In this document: positions 41,598-50,806 of the stretch, piece by piece | Layout: every line of letters starts with the position of its first letter | How positions within the stretch are numbered: the stretch's first letter is position 1 | From: an uncultured bacterium | Lineage (GTDB): Bacteria > Babelota > Babeliae > Babelales > Babelaceae | Assembly (NCBI GenBank): GCA_963824495.1 | Contig: CAWGPQ010000008.1 | Coordinates: forward strand, 1 to 64,000 | DNA: 64,000 bases | Reading direction: 5' to 3' | The notes under the pieces: generated by a model | What the model saw: only the letters and a program-made list of their open reading frames with translations | The model's database searches: none | What the model was told of the DNA's origin: nothing | Program-made: the position numbers and the translations under genes

Positions 41598-43714
41598 AGG
41601 TTATCCTATATGGAATATACAGTATTTTTTTCCTGTTATTCCCTCTAGCACAGCTACATGGACAGCTTGAAGCGCATTTTCTTTTTGTACCGGATATATC
41701 GGACGATCCAAGCATTGCTGATTCTTATGCAGGCAAGACTGACCCGAACTGGTCTATTATTACAACACAGCCCTATAAAGTTGTTCGCTTTCCTCAAGAT
41801 CATACAAGCCCTCTTGATACGCTGGCTTTAGAGGGTGCTTATGCTCAGGTCAGAAATGCTCTTAATCCAGCAAAAAGCTCTCATGACGGAGTGGTTATTA
41901 TAGGCCTGTCTCACGGTGCTGGGCTAGCCTTACGCGATGCCTCAACCCGATCAACCCCACTCTATCGTTTAAAAGCTATTATAGCCGAATCCCCTATGGG
42001 CATCACAGCTGAAACACTAGGCAAAGCTACTCTTAACACCCCTATACTTATTGTCCACTCAAGGAATGATAACGTAGTTCCTATCAATAGCTCTCGATTA
42101 CTTTATGCTGGTCTTGTTGGAGCCGGGCATAAAAAAGTTTATTTACTTGAGCTTGCAGATGCCAAGCATGGGGCATATAATCAACTTAAGCACAGTGAAT
42201 CTGCCACTAAATATTTAGCAACTGTTCATGCTTTGTATAGGCAAAACAATATTCCTTATGATGAGAAGTTGGCAAATCGGGGGCAACGCTATCTTAAAGA
42301 ACTCCAGCCACCTGCTGAAAAGATAGCAAAGCTTATACATGACACAAGCCCAAGCCTATGGAATACTCTGACAAACTTTATAGCAACCGGAATCCAAAGC
42401 ACTAAGCAGCCATTGGCTTCTACTTTAAGCATCACAGGAGTTGAGGCCCTTAGGCATGCATTTGCTGAATTTTTCCAACAAGCTCCCACAGTTGCACCAG
42501 TTGCCCCTGTATTACCGGTGGCTCCTGTTGGTCCAGTGTTGCCAGTAATGTCGGTAGCTCCTCCAGAACAGCCTCCAAGTGATATAGAGGAACTTTTAAA
42601 ACGTGCCGAAGAATTGGAGCAATCTATTAGTGAGGGCTTGGCAGGCGCACCGCAGCCCCCACCTCTTCCTCCAACCAAACTAACACCCGAGCAGGGGCCA
42701 TCTCTTGCAGAGCAACTTCAAGAGTATGCACAAAAATTACGCAAAACAGGTTCAGAGCTTTTAAGCACTCTAGCTAGTCAATTTCCATCACTTACCACAT
42801 CTGGACCTTCAGCCCCTGGTACTATTGTGTTTGGGCGCAGACCTGCACAACTCGAGATTCCAAAGCTGAGCACAACTGCCACTACAGAGCTAGAACCAGG
42901 TCTTGCAGTGTCCATTAACTTGGCAAAGCTTAATGCTGAAATTCAAGATACCAGAAGAAATAGTACTGAACGGCTCAATAAAGCTATTAAAGAACTTCAA
43001 ACATATCCAGAGACTTCACAACTACATGCACTTGAAAAAGAACTTCAAGAAGCTGCTAAAAAGCATGAAGACGAAGCAGCAAAAATTGAGCAGATATTAT
43101 CAGACCCATCTATCAAGCAGCTTCAAGCTTCTAACAAGGAATTTTATGATGGCCTTAAGAAAAGTATTATAGAGGTGCTCAAAAAGCTAGATAAGTTGCA
43201 TAGGTTGGAAAATAGAATAGCATCGGTGATCGCATTGGTAGAAAACCCTGTTCAAGTTCTTGATCTGCGCTATGGGCTTGGCTTAGGCAAGCTTTCTGAA
43301 AATGCAAAGAATGCTTGGAATAGAATTTTAAGTGGCAGAGAGGGGCTTGAAACTTTTAGTACTATTATAGAAAGTTTACAAGAAATGCGTAGAAATGCCC
43401 AACGTTCTATTATAAATCAAGACGATCTTGAAGCAGCCCTTTTACAAATCAACGCTATTGCACAAGAGTACAAGAATTATTTAGGAGGCTTGACACCTGA
43501 GACTTTGCAAAATCTTGGTGCTAGCCCTAATATTGTTGAAGATTTACGAGAAGAGCTTCAGGATACTAGTACCAAGATTCAAGAAGCTATTGAAAGAATT
43601 CAAAAAAAGAAAACTACCAAAGTCTCTGCTTTAAATTCGGGGAATGACGATTATGTCCGGGCGCAGGTGAAGATGCAGGCGGAGCCCATTGTGAAACATA
43701 CGCTTTGGCATTAG
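41594..43714 (+). CDS. Secreted alpha/beta-hydrolase + coiled-coil protein, paralog 3 (mosaic; 3' end possibly truncated)
   Basis: ATGA overlap with paralog 2; same catalytic motifs; PVAPVLPVAP linker. Confidence 0.82.
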   Translation: MKVILYGIYSIFFLLFPLAQLHGQLEAHFLFVPDISDDPSIADSYAGKTDPNWSIITTQPYKVVRFPQDHTSPLDTLALEGAYAQVRNALNPAKSSHDGVVIIGLSHGAGLALRDASTRSTPLYRLKAIIAESPMGITAETLGKATLNTPILIVHSRNDNVVPINSSRLLYAGLVGAGHKKVYLLELADAKHGAYNQLKHSESATKYLATVHALYRQNNIPYDEKLANRGQRYLKELQPPAEKIAKLIHDTSPSLWNTLTNFIATGIQSTKQPLASTLSITGVEALRHAFAEFFQQAPTVAPVAPVLPVAPVGPVLPVMSVAPPEQPPSDIEELLKRAEELEQSISEGLAGAPQPPPLPPTKLTPEQGPSLAEQLQEYAQKLRKTGSELLSTLASQFPSLTTSGPSAPGTIVFGRRPAQLEIPKLSTTATTELEPGLAVSINLAKLNAEIQDTRRNSTERLNKAIKELQTYPETSQLHALEKELQEAAKKHEDEAAKIEQILSDPSIKQLQASNKEFYDGLKKSIIEVLKKLDKLHRLENRIASVIALVENPVQVLDLRYGLGLGKLSENAKNAWNRILSGREGLETFSTIIESLQEMRRNAQRSIINQDDLEAALLQINAIAQEYKNYLGGLTPETLQNLGASPNIVEDLREELQDTSTKIQEAIERIQKKKTTKVSALNSGNDDYVRAQVKMQAEPIVKHTLWH

Positions 43715-44495
43715 ATTTCTTGCTTCTGTGCTCTGCCACAAGACATTCTTGCCAGAAAGGGTCCTCATAGATACGTATTAGTGAAGACTCTTGAGAGTAA
43801 TGCTCAGCGATACTCTCACGTACCAGTTCTTCAAATTCATCATGAGCAGTTGGTGAAATATGTAACAGGCGCATAAAAAACTTTTTAATTTTTAGGAGTA
43901 CTCCCATGCGTAAAAGATGTGGCATGCGATTATAGATAATGTTCATACTAGACATACAACGAGTATGGGGTATAACAGCAAACAAGGGTTGAACCCACCA
44001 TAAGCGTAGTATAAGAATACCTGATATCCAGAGCAGCGCCGATAGTAGAAGCATACCGAGGTTATAGTCAAGCATAGAAAAGATATAACGCTTAAGATAG
44101 AAGCCACAATAGCCTCCCGGATATACGCCCGTATAGGCTTCATAATCAAGCGCACTATTTAACGTAGCCCATACAAGCATACAACATATACCAGCTAGAA
44201 CACGATCCCATTCATCGGACCATAAACGCCTGCCCAATATAAGAGAAGCGCTGAGAAAACACAGAGGGATAAGCATACTGCCAGCATAACCAAAGAAGTA
44301 TATAACACTTGCTCCCAGGGTAATTATGTAATAAGACGGGTAATAATACGATGCCTGGGTCGTTGTGAATAAGAACGACGGTGCTCGATGATGATAGGTT
44401 GCAAGTGCTATAAGTATGCATATGCCCAACCCAAGCACTAAAAAAGCACCTATGACTCTTACTATTGAATGAAATAACCATGCGCGTAGATACAT
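43614..44495 (-). pseudogene. ftsK: FtsK N-terminal membrane region without the motor domain
   Basis: TM segments with ALATYH..PSF and YPGGYCG resembling FtsK_4TM, then a linker; stops before any ATPase. Confidence 0.6.
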
Positions 44496-44715
44496 AGCAT
44501 GTCTCCTCTTTTAAAAATTATGATACACTATCGCTCAAAGATCGTTCAATAAAAAAATGGATGGTTTAAAATTGAGCACCATTGAAGCTTTGCAACACAG
44601 AGAGTATGAGTTTTGCCCCTTTTAAGAACTTTTTCATGCAATTTTTAAGGTTAATGCGATCAAATGTTGCAATCTCAAAATCTTTTGACTAGATTATACA
44701 CCAATAATAGAGACT

Positions 44716-44880
44716 CATTGCCTATCAAAGGGTCAATGTATACAAGCGAAAGGAGGGAGTAAGCGCACAATTATTTCTTAACATCACAGTAGGTGCGGTT
44801 GCCTACCATACGGGGAAGCCCCCCGCATATCGGTTGTTTCTCGATTTACGTTAATCGAGTTCAGTTCATATGAAAAGGAG
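44716..44880 (+). promoter_or_regulatory. Structured 5' leader of the Cys-rich OMP gene
   Basis: Hairpins CATTG/CAATG, GTAGG/CCTAC, CGGGG/CCCCG, CTCGATT/AATCGAG, then RBS AAGGAG. Confidence 0.4.
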
Positions 44881-44887
44881 TACTTAG

Positions 44888-46981
44888 ATGAAACAACTCA
44901 TCAAATCATTTTTATATTTTGCGCTGCTGCTCTCTCCATTAGCAGCCATAGCAAGCGGTGATGAGACGACCCGTGGTTGCTGTGGCGGTGGTGGAAGGAA
45001 CACAGGCAGTGGCTTTAGCGGTAGCTGTAATTCCTGTAGCTTTGAATCAGGCTGTTCTGATTGCGGCAATGGCAGATCCAATTGCAGATCCGAATCGGAA
45101 TGTTCTGGCTTCTCTGATTGCAGTTTCAGCAATGACAGCTGTTGCGAATCACGAAGCTTTGAATGTAGCTCAGATTGTAATTCAGACTGTGGAAGCTGCT
45201 CAAGCGGCAGGGACTGCCGACGTTGCCATACATTCATACTTCCACGTCCCGTTGGCCGTAACTTAGCACGTCAAGACTCAAATGCTAATTTCCTGCGCTT
45301 CTTCTTGCCAAATGGAGAGCCACGTTGCTTTGACTTTGCATGGACGTTTGAATATGAACGTACACGTAGGCCAGAGAAAATAAATCGATGCTTCTTTGGC
45401 TTTGGTAACAAAGGTAATAATTGCGGCAACGAAGGCAATTTTGACAACGGTGCGGGCCGAAAAAACTGTATCAGGTTCACGGGTAGCAACGTTAAGAACA
45501 GGGGTAGTACTGACTTCTTAGCCGATACTTTTGGCTTATCTCCTTATACCAGCGCCAATATATGCTTCTGCCCTCGCATTGAGAATTTCATTTGGGATCT
45601 CAATTTAATGATCGAAGGCGCAAACTACTGTGATTGGCTCGATGGTTGGTACTTCCGTATCAACGCTCCGATCGTTTACAGTCGTTGGAAGCTTCATGCA
45701 AACCAGTGTAATGATTGCAGAACCATTGAAAATGGTCACGATTTCCCTCCAACCCAATTTAGCGAGGGACCAGCTCAATCAACGAATAGCCTCGATCAAG
45801 CATTGGGCGGCAGCTTTACGTTTGGCAATAAACGATCAGTCTCAGATTTTAGCCAATTCTGCTTTGGTCGCCAAACACGTACCGATCTTGCTAATCTTGA
45901 CTTAATCTTAGGTTGGAACTTCTGGAACTGCGATACCTATCAAATTAGCGCTTATCTCTTGGCAGTTGCACCAACGGCACACCACCGTTCACAAGCACAT
46001 CGCCTCTTCTCACCAATTACCGATACCGGTAAGCACTGGGAACTTGGAGGTGGTCTTCAAGGAAGCTGGGAAGTCTGGAACTGCAGTGATGACCATAGCC
46101 TTTATCTCTGGTTCGATGGCTATGCGACACACTTGTTCAAAAAGTGTGAACAACGTACTTTTGACTTTAGAAAGAATGGTTGCTTCAGCCGTTTCTTACT
46201 GTTGAAAGAATTTGACGCCTGCAATCGCTTTACTGGCAACTTAATCAGTGCAGTTGACTTTACCACACGTAATGTCGACGTACAGATTGACGTACAAGGT
46301 GAAGCATTGGTTCAGCTTCTCTATCGCCATTGTGGCTGGACAGCTGGCGTTGGTTACAACGTCTATGGCCGTAGCAGAGAAAAAATCTGTCGCGTCCAAG
46401 AAAGTCGTTCACATATAGGTCGTTGCAACAGAATCAACCCTTACATTTTCTGTGAAACTGACAACGACGACTCTGAATCACAACGATGCAATAATCGACG
46501 TCACTTTGGTATCGCTGGTAGATCAGGTGTAAGCGCACGCAACCATATTCCTGGCATTGGCTTGACAGGAACCCATACACTGCTTAATGCTACTGAAAGT
46601 AATGCAACCATTACCGGTCGTGGTACCGTAGATAACGCTGTCTTTCTTGAAAATACTGCAACAGGTGAAGTTGGACTTGACTACTCAAGCCCAGCAGAAC
46701 CACATACACCGCTTTCACAGCTTGTAATTGCACAAGATTCTGAAGTTGATGGTCAACCAGCTCCGGTCTACGTATCAACAAAAGATCTTGACCTTCGATC
46801 TGGCGCATCCCCAAGCTATCTTACACATAAAGCTTTTGCCTATGTAGACTATAGCTGGTGTGAGTGTGAATGGATTGAACCATTTGTTGGCATAGGTGGT
46901 GAAATAGAATTTGCTGATCGTTGTCGCTGCTGCAGCATCGACAAATGGGGCGTATGGTTCAAGGGCGGCTTCTCGTACTAG
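44888..46981 (+). CDS. Cysteine-rich putative outer-membrane beta-barrel protein
   Basis: Signal peptide; ~42 Cys; amphipathic strands; C-terminal WGVWFKGGFSY beta-signal-like end. Confidence 0.75.
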   Translation: MKQLIKSFLYFALLLSPLAAIASGDETTRGCCGGGGRNTGSGFSGSCNSCSFESGCSDCGNGRSNCRSESECSGFSDCSFSNDSCCESRSFECSSDCNSDCGSCSSGRDCRRCHTFILPRPVGRNLARQDSNANFLRFFLPNGEPRCFDFAWTFEYERTRRPEKINRCFFGFGNKGNNCGNEGNFDNGAGRKNCIRFTGSNVKNRGSTDFLADTFGLSPYTSANICFCPRIENFIWDLNLMIEGANYCDWLDGWYFRINAPIVYSRWKLHANQCNDCRTIENGHDFPPTQFSEGPAQSTNSLDQALGGSFTFGNKRSVSDFSQFCFGRQTRTDLANLDLILGWNFWNCDTYQISAYLLAVAPTAHHRSQAHRLFSPITDTGKHWELGGGLQGSWEVWNCSDDHSLYLWFDGYATHLFKKCEQRTFDFRKNGCFSRFLLLKEFDACNRFTGNLISAVDFTTRNVDVQIDVQGEALVQLLYRHCGWTAGVGYNVYGRSREKICRVQESRSHIGRCNRINPYIFCETDNDDSESQRCNNRRHFGIAGRSGVSARNHIPGIGLTGTHTLLNATESNATITGRGTVDNAVFLENTATGEVGLDYSSPAEPHTPLSQLVIAQDSEVDGQPAPVYVSTKDLDLRSGASPSYLTHKAFAYVDYSWCECEWIEPFVGIGGEIEFADRCRCCSIDKWGVWFKGGFSY

Positions 46982-47015
46982 CGTAACCCGCGCACCTACA
47001 GCAAACAAAACTAGC

Positions 47016-47046
47016 AAAAAGGCTCGGTATACACCGAGCCTTTTTT
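47016..47046. terminator. Bidirectional intrinsic terminator
   Basis: AAAAAGGCTCGGT-ATAC-ACCGAGCCTTTTTT. Confidence 0.9.
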
Positions 47047-47052
47047 AACAAT

Positions 47053-47301
47053 CTATTTTTTGCGTAAACTAGTAACGTAGTCAATAACCTGATTGACAGT
47101 TGTTAGCTTATCGGCATCAGTATCATTAATTTCAATACCAAACTCTTCCTCAAGCTTCATAACAATTTCAACACGATCAAGAGAGTCAGCCCCTAAGCTT
47201 TCAAGTGTGTCGTCTTCATGAATAGCGTCTTTTTTAACACCAAGCTGCTCAGCTATAATCTCAATAACTTTAGAGCTGGTGCTGGTACGGTCAAAAGGCA
47301 T
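47053..47301 (-). CDS. acpP: Acyl carrier protein
   Basis: LGADSLDRVEIVMKLEEEFGIEI. Confidence 0.96.
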   Translation of the reverse strand: MPFDRTSTSSKVIEIIAEQLGVKKDAIHEDDTLESLGADSLDRVEIVMKLEEEFGIEINDTDADKLTTVNQVIDYVTSLRKK

Positions 47302-47320
47302 AATTAGTTTCCTTACGATA

Positions 47321-48235
47321 TTACGATACTATAGAATTGACAAGAAGATCTTCAATATCACTAAGCTTTTCAATCATGAAAAGTGGCTGAGGAGAATAAG
47401 CTTTCTGAAGTACAGGTTTCATAGAAGAGACTGGTGCAGGCATAATAAGAGTATCACATGTTTTAATGTGAGCGTATACTGCATCCCATCGTAACGGTCG
47501 ACATATAAGCTTACGTATGAGATCTGTAACGGCTATGCCATCGCGTATAAGCGCAGTAGTCACATCACAAGCAAGCGGAACCTGTGGATCTTTAATGTCA
47601 ACTTTCTCTCGGTACATAGCAAAGTGCTCTACCACTGCTTGTGACCAAGGACCAAAAAGTATGCCATCGGTGGTTATTTCACGTGCTGAAGCACCTATGC
47701 CTCGAACATCTCGATCAAGCTCGTGAAGAGCTTGATGTACCCCAACAACCGTAAACTCAGATGGATCCACAGTAGAACTTATTATGAGGGGCTGTTTGCA
47801 GAGCTGGCGCAGCGTACGCTCGGACAACCCTTGAATACGACGCGCACCAATATCAGTGTGCTTTTCAGTTAGTTCAGTATATACCTGTGCTAACTTTTTA
47901 AGTAAATACAAGCCATCAGGCATATTAATACTGCCAGCGGCAAACAGGGCACTATATATGCCAATGCCATACCCAAAAACAGACCTTGGTACAATACCAG
48001 CCTCTTTACATAATGCTGCAGTGCAAGCACCAAGCAAAAAAATGGCAGGATAAGCGTGCTCGATTCGACTTAATTCTAGCTCAGATGAAGCAAAGCACAA
48101 CTTAACAAAATTCACGCCCAAGCAATTAGATGCTTCCTCAAAATATTCCTGTACCAATCGTGAGTTATCGTACAGCTCCTTTCCCATGCCAACAAACTGG
48201 CTGCCATAGCCTGGAAAGAGCATTCCATAATTCAT
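47321..48235 (-). CDS. fabD: Malonyl-CoA:ACP transacylase-like protein with a degenerate active site
   Basis: LFPGYGSQFVGMGKELY; adjacent to acpP; GHSxG replaced by GYGIG. Confidence 0.8.
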   Translation of the reverse strand: MNYGMLFPGYGSQFVGMGKELYDNSRLVQEYFEEASNCLGVNFVKLCFASSELELSRIEHAYPAIFLLGACTAALCKEAGIVPRSVFGYGIGIYSALFAAGSINMPDGLYLLKKLAQVYTELTEKHTDIGARRIQGLSERTLRQLCKQPLIISSTVDPSEFTVVGVHQALHELDRDVRGIGASAREITTDGILFGPWSQAVVEHFAMYREKVDIKDPQVPLACDVTTALIRDGIAVTDLIRKLICRPLRWDAVYAHIKTCDTLIMPAPVSSMKPVLQKAYSPQPLFMIEKLSDIEDLLVNSIVS

Positions 48236-48241
48236 ACGCCC

Positions 48242-49654
48242 TCACTGAGTTAATTTTTTAAACACTTTCAAGCGATTAAGGCTTTCCTGCTTGCCAAGCA
48301 CTGCTAAAAGATCAAAGATCCCCGGACTTGCAGTTTTACCAGTGAGCACCTGGCGAATGGGCTGAGCAAGTTGCCCAAGCTTTAAACCATCTTGAATACA
48401 GACAGCTTTTACAATTGCCGCTGTGCTTTCATGTGAAAATACCATATCATGCTCAAGCCGCTCAATAGCTAATGCAAGAGCATGCGCAACATGTGTATCA
48501 GTCGTAGTATAGGATGTTAGACCCTGAGGCCCAGCATAAAGATCCTTCAACTCGGATTCAAGTTCTTTGAGTGTCGTAACTCTGTCTTGATATAACTGAA
48601 TTAACCTTATAATCTGCTGATGCGTCCAATTCATGAGAACTGTTTGTAAAAGAGGGTTAACCTGAGCAAGCATATAGTCTAACAGCTTATCAGGCGATGT
48701 CTGACGTATATACACACCATTCATCCATTCAAGCTTCTTAATATCAAATATGGCGCTTTTTTTGCCAACTTCATCCAAAGAAAAGTACCGTATAAGTTCA
48801 TCTTGAGTGAATATTTCTTGATCGCCATGCGACCAACCAAGACGCACAAGATAATTGCATAAAGCATCGGGCAGAAATCCAGCATGCTTATAATCAGTAA
48901 CAGCAGTTGCAGCATCCCGCTTACTTAACCTGTTGCCGTGAGGTCCCAGTATAAGTGGCAAATGCGCAAAATAAGGAACATCAAAGCCACATGCTTGATA
49001 CAGTAAAATCTGCTTGGGGGTATTAGAGATGTGATCTTCACCTCGAATAACGTGCGAAATACGCATAGCAGCATCGTCAACAACGACAACGAAGTTATAG
49101 GTAGGCATGCCATCGGAGCGCAGGATAATGAAATCATCAAGTTGATCGAGTGCAAACCGCACTGGACCTCGTATGAGGTCATCAAAAACAATTTCTACAC
49201 GATCATGTGGTATCTTAAATCGCACAACAAAGGGCTGATCGTGATAACCATAGGTAGGCTGAATGTCACGGCAACGACGATCATACGTGGCATAACCCTC
49301 TCCCTCGGCAGCATTTACACCTAAACGTTTTTGCAGCTCTTCGGGGCTACAGTAACATCGATACGCAAAATTTTTATTAAGTAACTCTTGAGCAACTCTC
49401 TTATGCGCGTCAAGACGTGTTGACTGAATAACGGGTGGCTCATCAGGCATAATACCAGTCCATGCAAGAGAATCAAGTATTGCCTGAGTATATTCTGGTC
49501 TTGAACGCTCAAGATCAGTATCTTCAATGCGCAGTAAAAATACACCGTGATTATGGCGAGCAAATAACCAGTTAAAGAGTGCGGCACGTAAACCACCAAT
49601 ATGCAAATATCCTGTTGGCGACGGAGCAAAACGAACACGTATCTGCTTACTCAT
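48242..49654 (-). CDS. gltX: Glutamate--tRNA ligase
   Basis: RFAPSPTGYLHIGG, LRIEDTD, RGEDH, RLSKR. Confidence 0.97.
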   Translation of the reverse strand: MSKQIRVRFAPSPTGYLHIGGLRAALFNWLFARHNHGVFLLRIEDTDLERSRPEYTQAILDSLAWTGIMPDEPPVIQSTRLDAHKRVAQELLNKNFAYRCYCSPEELQKRLGVNAAEGEGYATYDRRCRDIQPTYGYHDQPFVVRFKIPHDRVEIVFDDLIRGPVRFALDQLDDFIILRSDGMPTYNFVVVVDDAAMRISHVIRGEDHISNTPKQILLYQACGFDVPYFAHLPLILGPHGNRLSKRDAATAVTDYKHAGFLPDALCNYLVRLGWSHGDQEIFTQDELIRYFSLDEVGKKSAIFDIKKLEWMNGVYIRQTSPDKLLDYMLAQVNPLLQTVLMNWTHQQIIRLIQLYQDRVTTLKELESELKDLYAGPQGLTSYTTTDTHVAHALALAIERLEHDMVFSHESTAAIVKAVCIQDGLKLGQLAQPIRQVLTGKTASPGIFDLLAVLGKQESLNRLKVFKKLTQ

Positions 49655-49674
49655 GGCTTATACTCACGGCTTAT

Positions 49675-50358
49675 TCAGGGGGATAGTATGTGTGCTGGAT
49701 TTTGAAAAAGCTGCGAGAGCTTTGATTGCGCCATGCCTGCCCAAGGAGAAGATGAACCACTTTCACGAATTAAGCGTGCCCATATTTTTTGTGCTTGTTC
49801 ATAATCACCTGCCATCCAGCTGACATAACCAAGATTATAGAGTGCTATATCGCGCTGAGGATTATGCTGGTCTTCTGCCAAAGCAGTGAGTGCTTGTAAT
49901 CCTGCTTCATGCGTTGTCTGATCTTGAGCATCACTGTCCATAAGTGCTGTCTTAAGCGCATACAAATAATAGAGGGGTGAGCTATGAGAAAGCGTGTCCA
50001 GCATCTCATGCATAAGTCGTCGAGCTTCAGCAGTTTTGCCCTCTCTCAAAAGTGTTTCTGCTTGAAATGCACGAAAATAAGGAGCCAAGGGTGTTTTAGC
50101 ATACAGCAGAGATCCTGTAGCCCACGCTTGCTCTATCTCCCGCAAAGCATCTGGGTTATTCTCAGCACTAAGGGCTTTCTCAAATGCTTCAAACGTATCG
50201 GAAAATGCTTTTTGTGCACGTGCTGCCTGTGTAACGGTATTACGGTAGTAAAGACCGCCAGCAAGAGCAAGCACTAGTGCTCCGCCACCACCAACAAGCA
50301 AGCCCCGAAGAAATTTTTGAGATGATGTTACCTGCGTTATACGTGACGCTAATGTCAT
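49675..50358 (-). CDS. YfgM-like membrane-anchored TPR protein
   Basis: N-terminal TM segment, TPR-like ALYNLG...GDYEQAQKIW. Confidence 0.65.
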   Translation of the reverse strand: MTLASRITQVTSSQKFLRGLLVGGGGALVLALAGGLYYRNTVTQAARAQKAFSDTFEAFEKALSAENNPDALREIEQAWATGSLLYAKTPLAPYFRAFQAETLLREGKTAEARRLMHEMLDTLSHSSPLYYLYALKTALMDSDAQDQTTHEAGLQALTALAEDQHNPQRDIALYNLGYVSWMAGDYEQAQKIWARLIRESGSSSPWAGMAQSKLSQLFQNPAHILSP

Positions 50359-50397
50359 TGTACTACTCCATACTCATTATAAATGACAGAAATGAGG

Positions 50398-50673
50398 CTA
50401 CGCTGGAGAAGAGCCTTCTGGGTTGTGCTGTTCATGGCGTTGTGCCTGACGTTGTGCTTGTACCTGCCGCACTTCGCCTCGCTTGACTAACCGATCTCTT
50501 TTAGTAGTGATAACTTTTATACCCTTATAAAACCCACAACTTTCGCATGCTTGATGAGGTAGTAATGGATGGCCACAATTATTACACATCGTAATGGCTT
50601 GTGGTCTAAGAAACTTAGTAGATTGTCGCTTATCACGACGGGATTTAGACGTTTTACGTTTTGGTACTGGCAT
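50398..50673 (-). CDS. rpmF: 50S ribosomal protein L32 with C-terminal extension
   Basis: MPVPKRKTSKSRRDKR, CNNC...PHQACESCGFYKG. Confidence 0.95.
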   Translation of the reverse strand: MPVPKRKTSKSRRDKRQSTKFLRPQAITMCNNCGHPLLPHQACESCGFYKGIKVITTKRDRLVKRGEVRQVQAQRQAQRHEQHNPEGSSPA

Positions 50674-50806
50674 AGTGCTTCCTGATATTTTTTGCTCACC
50701 ACATGCTTGATGAGGTGAGTATATAACGCTCAATTACTTTATAGTATACAAAAAAAGTCTTATTATAGCAAAAATGGCACAATAAGAAGTGCCCATTAAG
50801 AACTGC

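Noticed and set aside
44884..45237. Gln/Leu/Ser-rich minus-strand ORF
   Set aside because: Antisense shadow of the Cys/Ser-rich repeat region
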